Source of the DNA: an uncultured Alphaproteobacteria bacterium
Lineage (GTDB): Bacteria; Pseudomonadota; Alphaproteobacteria; Rs-D84
Length of the DNA stretch: 64,000 nucleotides
NCBI GenBank assembly: GCA_944389495.1
Contig: CALXMN010000002.1
Location: 85,704 to 149,703, forward strand
Direction of reading: 5' to 3'
Shown: in pieces, positions 35,991 to 45,073 of the stretch
Layout of the letters: each line of letters begins with the position of its first letter
Numbering within the stretch: position 1 is the stretch's first letter
The notes under the pieces: model-generated
Database searches by the model: none
The model's input: the letters and a program-made list of their open reading frames with translations, nothing else
What the model was told of the DNA's origin: nothing
Translations under genes and position numbers: made by a program

Positions 35991-36237
35991 TCAAGCACTC
36001 CTTAGGTTTTTGATTCGAAATCAAAAAACCGCCGAATTGTTTGGCGGTTGGAGGCTTGAAACTATCTTATAAAATAGCGGGCTTATTTTTATATTTCGCC
36101 ACCCTCCAACCTGATTATCAGCTGGAGTTTTTTGCATACTGTCGCGATGCACCGCGTTATAAGAGAGGTTTCAAGTCCTCGTTCGGGGAACACCCCCAAA
36201 CATTAATTAGTATAATATAAATAACAAACCGTGTAAA
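35991..36237 (-). promoter_or_regulatory. promoter plus conserved structured leader with terminator (leader copy 2 of 3)
   Basis: Read on the minus strand: TTTACA (36237-36232), 17-bp spacer, TATACT (36214-36209). Then the P1 hairpin GTTTGGGG-GTGTT-CCCCGAAC, switch strands CTCCAGC / GGTTGGAGG / GCCTCCAACC, terminator CCGCC-AAACAATT-C-GGCGG followed by TTTTTT, AAGGAG RBS and ATG 35990. Confidence 0.7.
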
Positions 36238-36267
36238 ATAAAAAAAATCCCGCAATTTGCGGGATTT

Positions 36268-36975
36268 TTATGCACTGTGGCGATTTATTGCCGCCGCAAT
36301 TTCATCCAATGATGCATTGCACGGTAACATCGGCTCAAACCATATATTGGCGGTGCCACTGTGCATACGGCCGTGTTTGGGCCAGTATAAACCCGCATCG
36401 GTGCCAACCGGTAAAATTGGCAACTTTAATTCGTGGGCCAAAAACAGAAGACCACGTCGCAGTTGAATGTGTTGGCCCGGTTTTGTGCGGGTTCCTTCGG
36501 GAAAAATAATTAATGTTTTTCCATTCATTATCTTTTTTGCAACCGCGTGTGTTAATTTTTTCATATTTGTCGCACCACGGGCACGATTAACCGGCTGCAA
36601 CCCCATACGCCAAAATGCCCATCCATATATCGGAATCCACAATAATTCGCGCTTGATAATAAAAAATGAATTTGGAACGTGGTTTGATAAAACCGCAATT
36701 TCCAGAATCGACATATGCTTGGCGGCAATAATTGATTTACCGTCAAAGCGTATATTGTCATTCGGGGCAACAGGAACACCGTTTTCTTCGTGCGGTGGAT
36801 AATGTATTTCGTATTTTATGCCCGCAACAATACGCGCCCAAAATAAAACGCCACGTGCACACGTCAGTACAAAAAATCTGTTGATGCGATCGGATATTAA
36901 TCCAATTAACAATATTGGGGCCCATAGTATAAAGTGTATCGCAAGTACAATTTTAAAAATAACAGTTCTTATCAT
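36268..36975 (-). CDS. plsC: 1-acyl-sn-glycerol-3-phosphate acyltransferase family
   Basis: N-terminal TM. Acyltransferase blocks AAKHMSILE, PVNRA and IIFPEGTRTKPG. Confidence 0.75.
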   Translation of the reverse strand: MIRTVIFKIVLAIHFILWAPILLIGLISDRINRFFVLTCARGVLFWARIVAGIKYEIHYPPHEENGVPVAPNDNIRFDGKSIIAAKHMSILEIAVLSNHVPNSFFIIKRELLWIPIYGWAFWRMGLQPVNRARGATNMKKLTHAVAKKIMNGKTLIIFPEGTRTKPGQHIQLRRGLLFLAHELKLPILPVGTDAGLYWPKHGRMHSGTANIWFEPMLPCNASLDEIAAAINRHSA

Positions 36976-36997
36976 ATTTTATTTTCCTTTTGTGTTT

Positions 36998-37507
36998 TTA
37001 TCCCTCTTTTATTCCAAATAAAGTAGCGATATATTTTATATATTCTATGGCCCATCGTTCAAGTCTTTTTGTAACGGGCATATCAGTTAATGGTACAGGA
37101 CAGGCCACAATTTCGGTTTGGGGTAATTCGTGCTCTATTAAATATTTGGCACGGTTCATATGATCTTCGGTTGTGATTATTACAATTCTGTCCAGTCCCG
37201 CGCGGGCAGCAATTTTACGTATCGCGCGGGCATTTTGATATGTTGATTTTGAATCAGCCTCGATTGTGACGCGGCGCGCCATTTCAAATGAACCATTTGT
37301 GCCCGCACCAATTATGTATAAATCTGCGTCGGGATGTTTGCGTAACAGGCGCATTGCAAAGGGTATTCTGCGCATATCGCCCGTTAAAACAAATATTGTG
37401 TCATCTGGTAATATTGTTGCACATTGACGCGGGGCAATCGATTTGAAAACCGCACCACCAATAATAAAGCAAGTTATTAATAATAAAGATGGGGTTAATA
37501 ATTTCAT
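36998..37507 (-). CDS. DUF218 (YdcF/ElyC-like) domain protein
   Basis: N-terminal TM. IFVLTGDMRRIPFAMRLL...ADLYIIGAG...RIVIITTEDHMNRA. The start overlaps the ftsX stop (TAATG). Confidence 0.6.
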   Translation of the reverse strand: MKLLTPSLLLITCFIIGGAVFKSIAPRQCATILPDDTIFVLTGDMRRIPFAMRLLRKHPDADLYIIGAGTNGSFEMARRVTIEADSKSTYQNARAIRKIAARAGLDRIVIITTEDHMNRAKYLIEHELPQTEIVACPVPLTDMPVTKRLERWAIEYIKYIATLFGIKEG

Positions 37508-38349
37508 TAATCATTCTTTAAAATTTTTATTGTCGTGCGACGTGTTATCCATATTGCAAATATTATTATTACAACTGGTAACATCAGTAATGCCAGCCAT
37601 CCCCACCCAGAAATCCCCAACATCGCCATTAATCCAACACGCGCACTGTGTGCCGTTCCCAGAATTAACAGTAATACAGGGGCCGCAACCGCAAAACCCG
37701 CCGCGCCCGCCATAATGCATATTTTTGTAATTATAATTTGCATTTGGTGGGCAACATAGGAATCAGTTGCGCCGATTTGATTTAATATTTCCAGTTCGCG
37801 CCGGTGCAATAATGCAGTGTTCTGGGCAATATATGATATACAAATTCCAATCGCCCCCAGGGTCAGTAATAATACAAATGATGAAATTAAAATCATTTTC
37901 CAACCCGCAGATGTGGAACTTTTTAATGCCGCGGCGTGGGTTAAAAAGCGGGCCCTATCGCCAATTTGTGATTGTACAGATTCCAAATCATCCGTTGAAT
38001 TAAACTGTAATTCATACATTTTTGGCAGGTAATTTTCCAGTGCGCCACCACCATTTGACATCCACGGACGTAATAAATCGTGCATTTTTTCCGTGGTAAT
38101 TTCGGTTACAGATTCTATTTTCGTGGCATTTTCATCAAAGATTTTTTTTACAGTATCTGTATTTTTTGTATCCATAATCTGGACCGTGGCGGTTAAATCC
38201 CACTGGGCATTCCAACGGATAACGCCCGTCCCAATCGCCAGGGCAATTCCAAACGCCAATACCGCCAAAAATGTCAACAAGGACATTATTGCCGTCATAA
38301 ATATTGACTGTTCACGTACCAGTGAAAATACAATTGGCCTTTTAGTCAT
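37507..38349 (-). CDS. ftsX: cell-division ABC transporter permease-like FtsX
   Basis: Follows ftsE with no gap. One N-terminal TM, a periplasmic domain and three C-terminal TMs. 280 aa. Confidence 0.8.
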   Translation of the reverse strand: MTKRPIVFSLVREQSIFMTAIMSLLTFLAVLAFGIALAIGTGVIRWNAQWDLTATVQIMDTKNTDTVKKIFDENATKIESVTEITTEKMHDLLRPWMSNGGGALENYLPKMYELQFNSTDDLESVQSQIGDRARFLTHAAALKSSTSAGWKMILISSFVLLLTLGAIGICISYIAQNTALLHRRELEILNQIGATDSYVAHQMQIIITKICIMAGAAGFAVAAPVLLLILGTAHSARVGLMAMLGISGWGWLALLMLPVVIIIFAIWITRRTTIKILKND

Positions 38350-39153
38350 CTATGCGTTCCCAATATCATCAAATTGTTTGGACAGTTCTGAAAAATAGTT
38401 TTGGGGTTTTGGACCCTTCCATATTTTTTGTGGTTGGAGATGTGATGCGACAGTATTTGTGTTTTTGGTGGTGTCTGTAATAAAGCCAACACGATGATTT
38501 TCAACGCGTATTACCGGAAATTTGTATGTTTCCATTAATTTTGTACTGTGTGTGGCAAGTATAATTGTTGTGCCAAACGTTTTGTTCATTTGTACAAACA
38601 GTTCCATTAATCGTGATGCGTTTTCATCATCCAGATTACCCGTTGGTTCGTCGGCCAGCAGGATTGCCGGCTGGATAATAATAGCGCGGGCAACGGATAC
38701 ACGTTGTTGTTGCCCCCCAGAAAGTGTTTTGGGATTTGCGTCCGCGTATTTGGCCAGACCGACCCATTCCAAAACCTTGATAACTAATTTTTTTATCTTG
38801 GATTCCGACAGGCCGCGCACGCGCAGCGGTAATGCCACATTATCAAATACAGACATATGTGATAACAGGGAATATTCCTGGAATACTATGGCCATTTTAT
38901 GGCGTAATGTCGCGATTTGATCGCGGGTCATATCGTTGGTAATGTGACCAAATAACTTGATTTGTCCCCGACACGGTTTGTGTAACTGATATATTAATCG
39001 CAATAATGTTGTTTTTCCCGCGCCCGATGCACCGGACAGAAAGTAAAATGCGCCCGAACTGATATTAAAAGAAACATCAGACAGGACTTCGCGCGCGTTA
39101 TCATCGTATCGTGCGCCAACATTTGCAAAAGAAATTGCGGTATTATCTGACAT
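38350..39153 (-). CDS. ftsE: cell-division ATP-binding protein FtsE (with ~40-aa C-terminal extension)
   Basis: Walker [10 protein letters not shown], signature LSGGQQQRV, Walker [12 protein letters not shown]. Adjacent to ftsX. Confidence 0.9.
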   Translation of the reverse strand: MSDNTAISFANVGARYDDNAREVLSDVSFNISSGAFYFLSGASGAGKTTLLRLIYQLHKPCRGQIKLFGHITNDMTRDQIATLRHKMAIVFQEYSLLSHMSVFDNVALPLRVRGLSESKIKKLVIKVLEWVGLAKYADANPKTLSGGQQQRVSVARAIIIQPAILLADEPTGNLDDENASRLMELFVQMNKTFGTTIILATHSTKLMETYKFPVIRVENHRVGFITDTTKNTNTVASHLQPQKIWKGPKPQNYFSELSKQFDDIGNA

Positions 39154-39229
39154 ATTAAAAATAATATTAAAAAAAGGTTATATGGTCAAGCGTACATAAA
39201 AATAAAAAATGCGCCAATGGCGCATTTTT

Positions 39230-39634
39230 TTATTCGGCATCAACAACCTTGGTTGTAGAGTTACGATTAAGGGCCCATACCTCTTCGCCGGTGCCGGGAT
39301 ATTGTGGGCGTTCTTTGCCATAGGAAATTGTTTTAATTCTTTCCGGTTCAATTCCGTCTGCAATTAAAACGTGTGCCGCGTTGCCCGCACGTAATGCACC
39401 CAGGGCCAGATTGTATTCCGTTGAACCGCGTTCGTCACAGTGACCTTCGAGTATGACATTAACATCCGGGTTGTTCTTCATATATAATGACTGGGATTCC
39501 AGATTCTCGCGCGCGTCATCAGAAATAACCGCGGAATCAAACGCAAAAAATACTTTGTCATCATTTATGTTGCTGGGGGCGCCGCCGCACGCCGCCAAGC
39601 CCAATACCGCAGAACACAACAAAATTTTTTTCAT
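39230..39634 (-). CDS. pal: peptidoglycan-associated lipoprotein Pal
   Basis: Lipobox LAA|C. OmpA-like domain FAFDSAVISDDARENL and NVILEGHCDERGSTEYNLALGALRAGNA. Confidence 0.9.
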   Translation of the reverse strand: MKKILLCSAVLGLAACGGAPSNINDDKVFFAFDSAVISDDARENLESQSLYMKNNPDVNVILEGHCDERGSTEYNLALGALRAGNAAHVLIADGIEPERIKTISYGKERPQYPGTGEEVWALNRNSTTKVVDAE

Positions 39635-39765
39635 ATCTCTTCCTTTCTTCTATTTACATAAGAAATTTAGCAAATTTTTTAAAAAAATGTCAAGTATGTG
39701 TTTTTCTTCTTTTTTTATATGGGGCATTTGTGTTATACTTACAACAAATAAAAAGGAAGGAAGGT

Positions 39766-40497
39766 ATGAAAAAATTAGTTTCTTTGGCGGTTTTATTGGC
39801 GTTTGCAACGCCGGCGGTGGCCGCGCCCAGTTATTTAACACGTACATCTGATGGTGGTTATCGTGTTACATATGATTATACAGATAAAGCCAAAACCGGT
39901 TGGTATGTCGGTGGTCGGGCGGATTTAAATTTCTGGAATTGGAAAAATAAGTACAGCGTTGATGATGCAATGGTCGACCTGGGCATTGTAAATGGCGATT
40001 ACAGCAGTGATAAGTATTCGTTCGAGCCTGCGTTCGGCGGCAGTATATTTGGCGGTAAACGTTTTGCTTATTTTTGGCGGGCTGAGTTAGAGGCCGGTTA
40101 CCTTGGGTATTTCGAAGATAAAGATGCGGCCGCAGAATTTTCTATGCAGATTCCGTATGTAATGTTAAATGGTTATTATGATTTTACAAATGGTCTGTAT
40201 TTGGGGGCGGGTGTTGGTGTTGCTGTGCCAATAACAACCGTTGATATGGTGTGGGCCGATGGTGCCGATCGTACAGAATATGGCGTTGCGCCAATGGCGG
40301 GAATAATGCTTGGGTATTCGTATGATTTAGATTATAATCTGGTGTTGGATTTCCGTTATCGTTTGTCTGCGATGACCGGTCTGGATCAGCGTATAGATAA
40401 TATATATGATAATCACGGTGGTGTGCATTGGTTCCAGAATGATATTGACTTTATTTTGGATAATTCAATATCAATTGGTATCAGATATGAATTTTAA
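39766..40497 (+). CDS. small outer-membrane beta-barrel protein
   Basis: ATG 39766 follows GGAAGGAAGG. Signal peptide MKKLVSLAVLLAFATPAVA|A. Alternating aromatic/Gly strands. C-terminus SISIGIRYEF with terminal Phe. Confidence 0.65.
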   Translation: MKKLVSLAVLLAFATPAVAAPSYLTRTSDGGYRVTYDYTDKAKTGWYVGGRADLNFWNWKNKYSVDDAMVDLGIVNGDYSSDKYSFEPAFGGSIFGGKRFAYFWRAELEAGYLGYFEDKDAAAEFSMQIPYVMLNGYYDFTNGLYLGAGVGVAVPITTVDMVWADGADRTEYGVAPMAGIMLGYSYDLDYNLVLDFRYRLSAMTGLDQRIDNIYDNHGGVHWFQNDIDFILDNSISIGIRYEF

Positions 40498-40509
40498 CAC
40501 AATTAGGTA

Positions 40510-40539
40510 TTGACCCGATTCGCAAAAATATGATATTAT
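40510..40539 (+). promoter_or_regulatory. candidate promoter of the fibre gene array
   Basis: TTGACC (40510-40515), 18-bp spacer, TATTAT (40534-40539), about 20 nt before the GTG at 40561. Confidence 0.35.
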
Positions 40540-40560
40540 TGAGTAGGTAGAGAGAATATC

Positions 40561-43185
40561 GTGAAAAAAGATCTGAAAACTTCAACACTGGCAATAATTT
40601 GCGTATTATGTACGGCGGCGGTATCTGGTGCATACGGTGCCGCTTCGGTTCGATCTTTGGGTGGCAGTGGTACGTATACCAGTGCGTCCAGTGCGTCCAG
40701 TGCGGCGGCCTCTAATGATTCTGGGGCGGCGTCTGTACGAGGTGGGTCTGTGCGCGTTAATCCGACATCTGGCGTGTCGGGGACAAGTGCGACGGTAAGT
40801 GCGGGCACCACGACCAGTGGGCGTGTTGCAACAACGCCACGTTTGTCCATTGGGCATTATTTGGGTGGTGGTACGTCGATCAGTGGGGGCAGTTCGCTGC
40901 GTCCGCAAACGCCGGGGGCGTCCACGGGTGGAACCTCGTCCGGTGGTGGTTCTATGGATCCGGATGTTGCGGCCGGTCTGCGGCAAGAGGTTGATCAGTT
41001 GCGTCGTGATGTGGACGAACTGGGGTCGGTGAATGATAATATCAATGATGCAATCGATGATTTAAGCCAGGGAAAGCAAGATACGTTGGTTCCGGTGGTG
41101 GATGGTTATATTATCATAGACAGCAATAACGAGATTTTTGTTGATGTTGATGCCTTGGCCCAAGAAATTGGCGAGGTTGCAGGTCAAGATGGGCGCGAGG
41201 TTGTGTTGGGTTATGATGACAATAACCTGTTGTGGCGCTATGACGATGAGAGTTCTTGGAGTGTTTTAATACCTAAATCTGAAATTACCGGACCCCAAGG
41301 TCCCCAGGGTGAAAAGGGCGAACCGGGCGAGGCCGCGAATTTAGACGCGTATTCCACGACCGAACAAATGAATGCTGCGATTGAAAAAGCGATTGCGGAT
41401 TTGGCGGGTGTTTATGCGACAACGGAATATGTGGATACAAAATTGTCTGCCAAGGCGGACAAGGCCACAACCCTGGCGGGGTATGGTATTAGGGACGCAA
41501 TGACCGAGGAAGAAATTAACAGAGCCATTGAAGATGCGACCAAGGATATTGTGGGCAGTGAAGAGATTGAACAATTCAAGGGCGATGTTGCGGGGTTAAA
41601 AACGACGGTTGGTGATGAAAATTCCGGACTGGTCAAAGATGTTAATGATTTGTCGGGTGCTGTGACCGCGTTGGATGGTGAAATGGATACGGTTTCCCAA
41701 TTGGCGGGCAGTGCGGCATCCACAGCGACCGGGGCGGCGGAAAGCGCGGCCCAGGCGTTGTCGGGCCTGGCGGATAAAGAAGACAAGGCAAACAAAAAAA
41801 CAACACTGACCAATAGTGATACAGATTATCCGTCTACGTCCGCGGTAACGGCGGCGTTGGCGGATTATGTAAAAACAGATGTCTTGCCGGGTGAAATTGG
41901 TGCGGCATTGGAAAATGCCGGTGCGGTGACCGATGAAAATATTTCTGAAAAGTTGTCTGGTTATGCCACCGATGAAGATTTGGCGGCCAAAGCCGATGCG
42001 TCGGATGTCGAAGCACTGGGGCAGCGTGTTGATGCGGCCGAAACAAATATTGAAGATATAAACACTACAATTGGTTCGGGCGAGTTGGCCACAACAGATA
42101 AAACCGTTTTGGGTGCAATTAATGAATTGAAATCTAAAACAGATGGAATGGCGACGGATGGTAATTTTGAAGAAATGAATAACAAGATTACCGAAATGGA
42201 AAGCCAGTTGAACGGAAAGCAAGATGTGTCGAACTTGGTTCAGGTTGTGTCCGAGGCTGATACAACAAAATACCCATCTGGCGCGGCCGTGTATAAAGAA
42301 TTGGAAACCAAGGCCAATGCGTCCGATCTGGATAACTATGTCACGAACGATGGCCTGGCAACGGCGGTTGATGGTGTGTTGGATACGGCCGGCGTTGTGA
42401 CGGATGAAAATTTGGCCGAAAAATTGGATGGCTATGCCACTGATGAAGAATTGGCGGGCAAGGCCGATGCATCTGATGTTGCAGAATTGGAAACGGCTGT
42501 TGGTGCATTGGAAACAACGGTTGGTGACGGCGAATCCGGTTTGGTAAAAGATGTTGCCGATGCAAAGGCGGCGGCTGATAAGGCAAGCCAAGATGTGGCC
42601 GGTAAACAAGATGCGTTGACCGCTGAACAATTGAACGCCGTGAATTCGGGCATTACTGCGGAAAAGGTTTCTGTATACGACGGCTATGCCGATGATATCG
42701 CGGGCAAGCAAGATGCGTTGGGATACACCGCCGAAAATGCCGCGAACAAGACCGACGATATGGCGACGGATACCGGATCCACGACCAAATATCCGACGGT
42801 TCACGCAGTCGAGGCATATGTTGCCAGTCAGGTTGCCGAAGGGGTTGAAATTAACACAGATCAAATTGCGGCCGGTGCGGTTAAAACGGATCAGATTGGT
42901 AATGGGGCCGTGACAGAAGAAAAATTGTCTGATGAATTAAATGCCGAAATCGATGGTAAAGAAGACAAGGCTAATCTGAAAGCGTTGGCATACAAGGATC
43001 AAATCAAGGATGCCGATGTTGCGGACGATGCGGCAATTGCAAAATCTAAATTGGCGTTGGATGTTCAAACGGCGTTGAATAATGCTGCGAATGCAGTGGT
43101 CGCGCCGGCGGGCGAAAAGCCATCTAACAGCGTATTGGGCACGGATGGCAAAGGCGATCCAGTGTGGTATGAAATCGCAATGTAA
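40561..43185 (+). CDS. exported tail-fibre-like mosaic protein 1 (874 aa)
   Basis: GTG start. Signal peptide MKKDLKTSTLAIICVLCTAAVSGAYG|A. S/G/T-rich linker, coil LRQEVDQLRRDVDELG, collagen triplets GPQGPQGEKGEPGEA. Phage-fibre motifs LAGYGIRDA, TDYPSTSAV, TKYPSGAAVY, TKYPTVHAVEAYV. Repeats ENISEKLSGYATDEDLAAKADASDVEAL and ENLAEKLDGYATDEELAGKADASDVAEL. Confidence 0.75.
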   Translation: MKKDLKTSTLAIICVLCTAAVSGAYGAASVRSLGGSGTYTSASSASSAAASNDSGAASVRGGSVRVNPTSGVSGTSATVSAGTTTSGRVATTPRLSIGHYLGGGTSISGGSSLRPQTPGASTGGTSSGGGSMDPDVAAGLRQEVDQLRRDVDELGSVNDNINDAIDDLSQGKQDTLVPVVDGYIIIDSNNEIFVDVDALAQEIGEVAGQDGREVVLGYDDNNLLWRYDDESSWSVLIPKSEITGPQGPQGEKGEPGEAANLDAYSTTEQMNAAIEKAIADLAGVYATTEYVDTKLSAKADKATTLAGYGIRDAMTEEEINRAIEDATKDIVGSEEIEQFKGDVAGLKTTVGDENSGLVKDVNDLSGAVTALDGEMDTVSQLAGSAASTATGAAESAAQALSGLADKEDKANKKTTLTNSDTDYPSTSAVTAALADYVKTDVLPGEIGAALENAGAVTDENISEKLSGYATDEDLAAKADASDVEALGQRVDAAETNIEDINTTIGSGELATTDKTVLGAINELKSKTDGMATDGNFEEMNNKITEMESQLNGKQDVSNLVQVVSEADTTKYPSGAAVYKELETKANASDLDNYVTNDGLATAVDGVLDTAGVVTDENLAEKLDGYATDEELAGKADASDVAELETAVGALETTVGDGESGLVKDVADAKAAADKASQDVAGKQDALTAEQLNAVNSGITAEKVSVYDGYADDIAGKQDALGYTAENAANKTDDMATDTGSTTKYPTVHAVEAYVASQVAEGVEINTDQIAAGAVKTDQIGNGAVTEEKLSDELNAEIDGKEDKANLKALAYKDQIKDADVADDAAIAKSKLALDVQTALNNAANAVVAPAGEKPSNSVLGTDGKGDPVWYEIAM

Positions 43186-43197
43186 AGGAAAGAAAGA

Positions 43198-45021
43198 ATG
43201 AGAAAGACAAATATCGCATTTTCTGGATTTATGGCGGCAATTTTGTTCAGTGCCGGTGCGGCCAATGCAGCAACGCAGATTGCCAGCAAACAGTACGTTG
43301 ATGACAATTACGCCACAAAAACAGTTGTACAGGAAATTCAAACAGATGTAGGTGCGTTGAACACCGCGATTAATGATCCGGAAAATGGCCTTGCGGGCAA
43401 GGTTGATAGTTTGGACGACGCGATTAATAACGCAGAGACGGGGTTGTCGGCCCAGGTTCAGGATGCGGTTGATGCCGCCGACGCCGCGAGCACTGCGGTT
43501 GACCAACTGGGGATCAAGGTTGACGCGTTGGAAACAACCGTTGGGGACGAGGCGGCCGGCTTGGTCAAAGATGTAAATGATTTGGAAACAACGGTTGGTC
43601 AGTTGGATACAGAACTGGATTCTAAATTGGATTCTGCAACCGCTGCAACAACATATGAAGTTTTATCAAACAAGGCGGCTGCAATCAACGAAGGTAATCA
43701 AACATCGCCAACAGCATATCCGTCAGTGGGCGCAATCGTTCAGTGGACCAATCAAAAGATTGCTGATTTATCCGATACCGGATTGCCGGTAAATCCGGGT
43801 AATATCGAAGACGGAACTATTGCTGGCAGTAAATTGGAAAATGGTGCCGTGACGACCGATAAAATTGGGGCGGATGCTGTTAATGGCGACAAAATTGCCG
43901 ATGATTCTATTGGTGCCGAACATATCAAAGATGGCGCGGTTGGATCCGACGCGATTGCCGATGGCAGTGTGACTGGCACAGATATTGCCGATGGTACCAT
44001 TTCCGCGGATAATTTGGATACGGCGTTGAATGCAGAAATCGATGGCAAAGAAGATAAAATAAACAAAGCCACCGCCATTGATTCAACCAACCAGGCATCC
44101 ACAGACGCATATCCGTCTGTCAAGGCTGTATATGATTGGACCACGCAACAGATTGCAAATGTTGAATTTGATCCGTCGACCGATATTGCCGATGGTGGTT
44201 TAAGTGGCGATAAAATTACCGATGGCACAATTACCGGTGACAAGATTGCCGATGACGCGGTTGATTCCGCGGCGATTGCCGACGGCAGTGTGACCGAGGC
44301 TGATTTGAACACCGATCTGGCCAGCAAGATTAATGGCAAACAGGACAAAAATGTTGGCGCGGATAACAGCGGTAAAATCCTGACCGTGGGTGCGGATGGC
44401 AATATCACGACATCTGCCACAATTGCCCAAAGTGCGGTTGATGGTTTGGAAACCGCCCTGGCGGACAAGGCCGACGCGGGCGATTTGACCACAATTAATG
44501 AAACAATTGAAACGATTGAACAAAACGTCAACAGCATCACCGCCGCCGATACCGGTTTGCTGGCGCAAAAGGAAGATGCCGCGAACAAGACCAAGGCGAT
44601 TACCGAGGAAAATAAATCATCCGAGACTTTGTTCCCGACAATTGGTGCAATTACCCAGTGGACCAACACGGAAATTCAAAAAATCCGTGACGAAGGAATC
44701 GACATCGGAACCGATAATATTGGCGAGGGCGCGGTTCAGACGGTTAATTTGGGTAATGGCGCGGTGACCACGGAAAAGATTGCGGATAAAGCCGTGACAG
44801 ATGAGAAGTTGTCTGATGAATTAAATGCTGAAATTGATGGCAAGGCAAATGCTGCGGATGTTTATACGAAATTGGAAACAGATGGCAAGATTGTGGAAAT
44901 TGCAATCCCCAGACCGACCGCGGATTGTCAGGCGGCATCTGGATTGTGCGTATTGTCGGTAACAACCGGGGGCGATTTGGCGTGGGTTAATGTTACAGAA
45001 CCGGCCGGTGATTCAGAATAA
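43198..45021 (+). CDS. exported tail-fibre-like mosaic protein 2 (607 aa)
   Basis: RBS GGAAAGAAAGA. Signal peptide ...SAGAANA|ATQIASKQYVDDNY. Motifs TAYPSVGAIVQW, DAYPSVKAVYDW, TLFPTIGAITQW. Repeats I(A/E)DG(T/A)I(T/A)G(D/S)K(I/L). Cys-bounded tip DCQAASGLCVLSV..LAWVNV. Confidence 0.75.
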   Translation: MRKTNIAFSGFMAAILFSAGAANAATQIASKQYVDDNYATKTVVQEIQTDVGALNTAINDPENGLAGKVDSLDDAINNAETGLSAQVQDAVDAADAASTAVDQLGIKVDALETTVGDEAAGLVKDVNDLETTVGQLDTELDSKLDSATAATTYEVLSNKAAAINEGNQTSPTAYPSVGAIVQWTNQKIADLSDTGLPVNPGNIEDGTIAGSKLENGAVTTDKIGADAVNGDKIADDSIGAEHIKDGAVGSDAIADGSVTGTDIADGTISADNLDTALNAEIDGKEDKINKATAIDSTNQASTDAYPSVKAVYDWTTQQIANVEFDPSTDIADGGLSGDKITDGTITGDKIADDAVDSAAIADGSVTEADLNTDLASKINGKQDKNVGADNSGKILTVGADGNITTSATIAQSAVDGLETALADKADAGDLTTINETIETIEQNVNSITAADTGLLAQKEDAANKTKAITEENKSSETLFPTIGAITQWTNTEIQKIRDEGIDIGTDNIGEGAVQTVNLGNGAVTTEKIADKAVTDEKLSDELNAEIDGKANAADVYTKLETDGKIVEIAIPRPTADCQAASGLCVLSVTTGGDLAWVNVTEPAGDSE

Positions 45022-45073
45022 ACGACCCAAAAGTAATTGAAAAAACTAAAAAAAAGAAAGAAAGGAAGGAAAA

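Noticed and set aside
41596-42864. Very long antisense ORFs inside the fibre genes: 41596-42864 (422 aa), 43752-44669 (305 aa), 45046-45480, 45499-45990, 46738-47277, 47287-47946 and others.
   Set aside because: They lie opposite the strongly motif-bearing sense frames. They have repetitive low-complexity translations (runs of R/I/F/C or A/V/S), no RBS or signal features, and are the expected by-product of GCN/ACN/GAY-rich codon usage on the sense strand.
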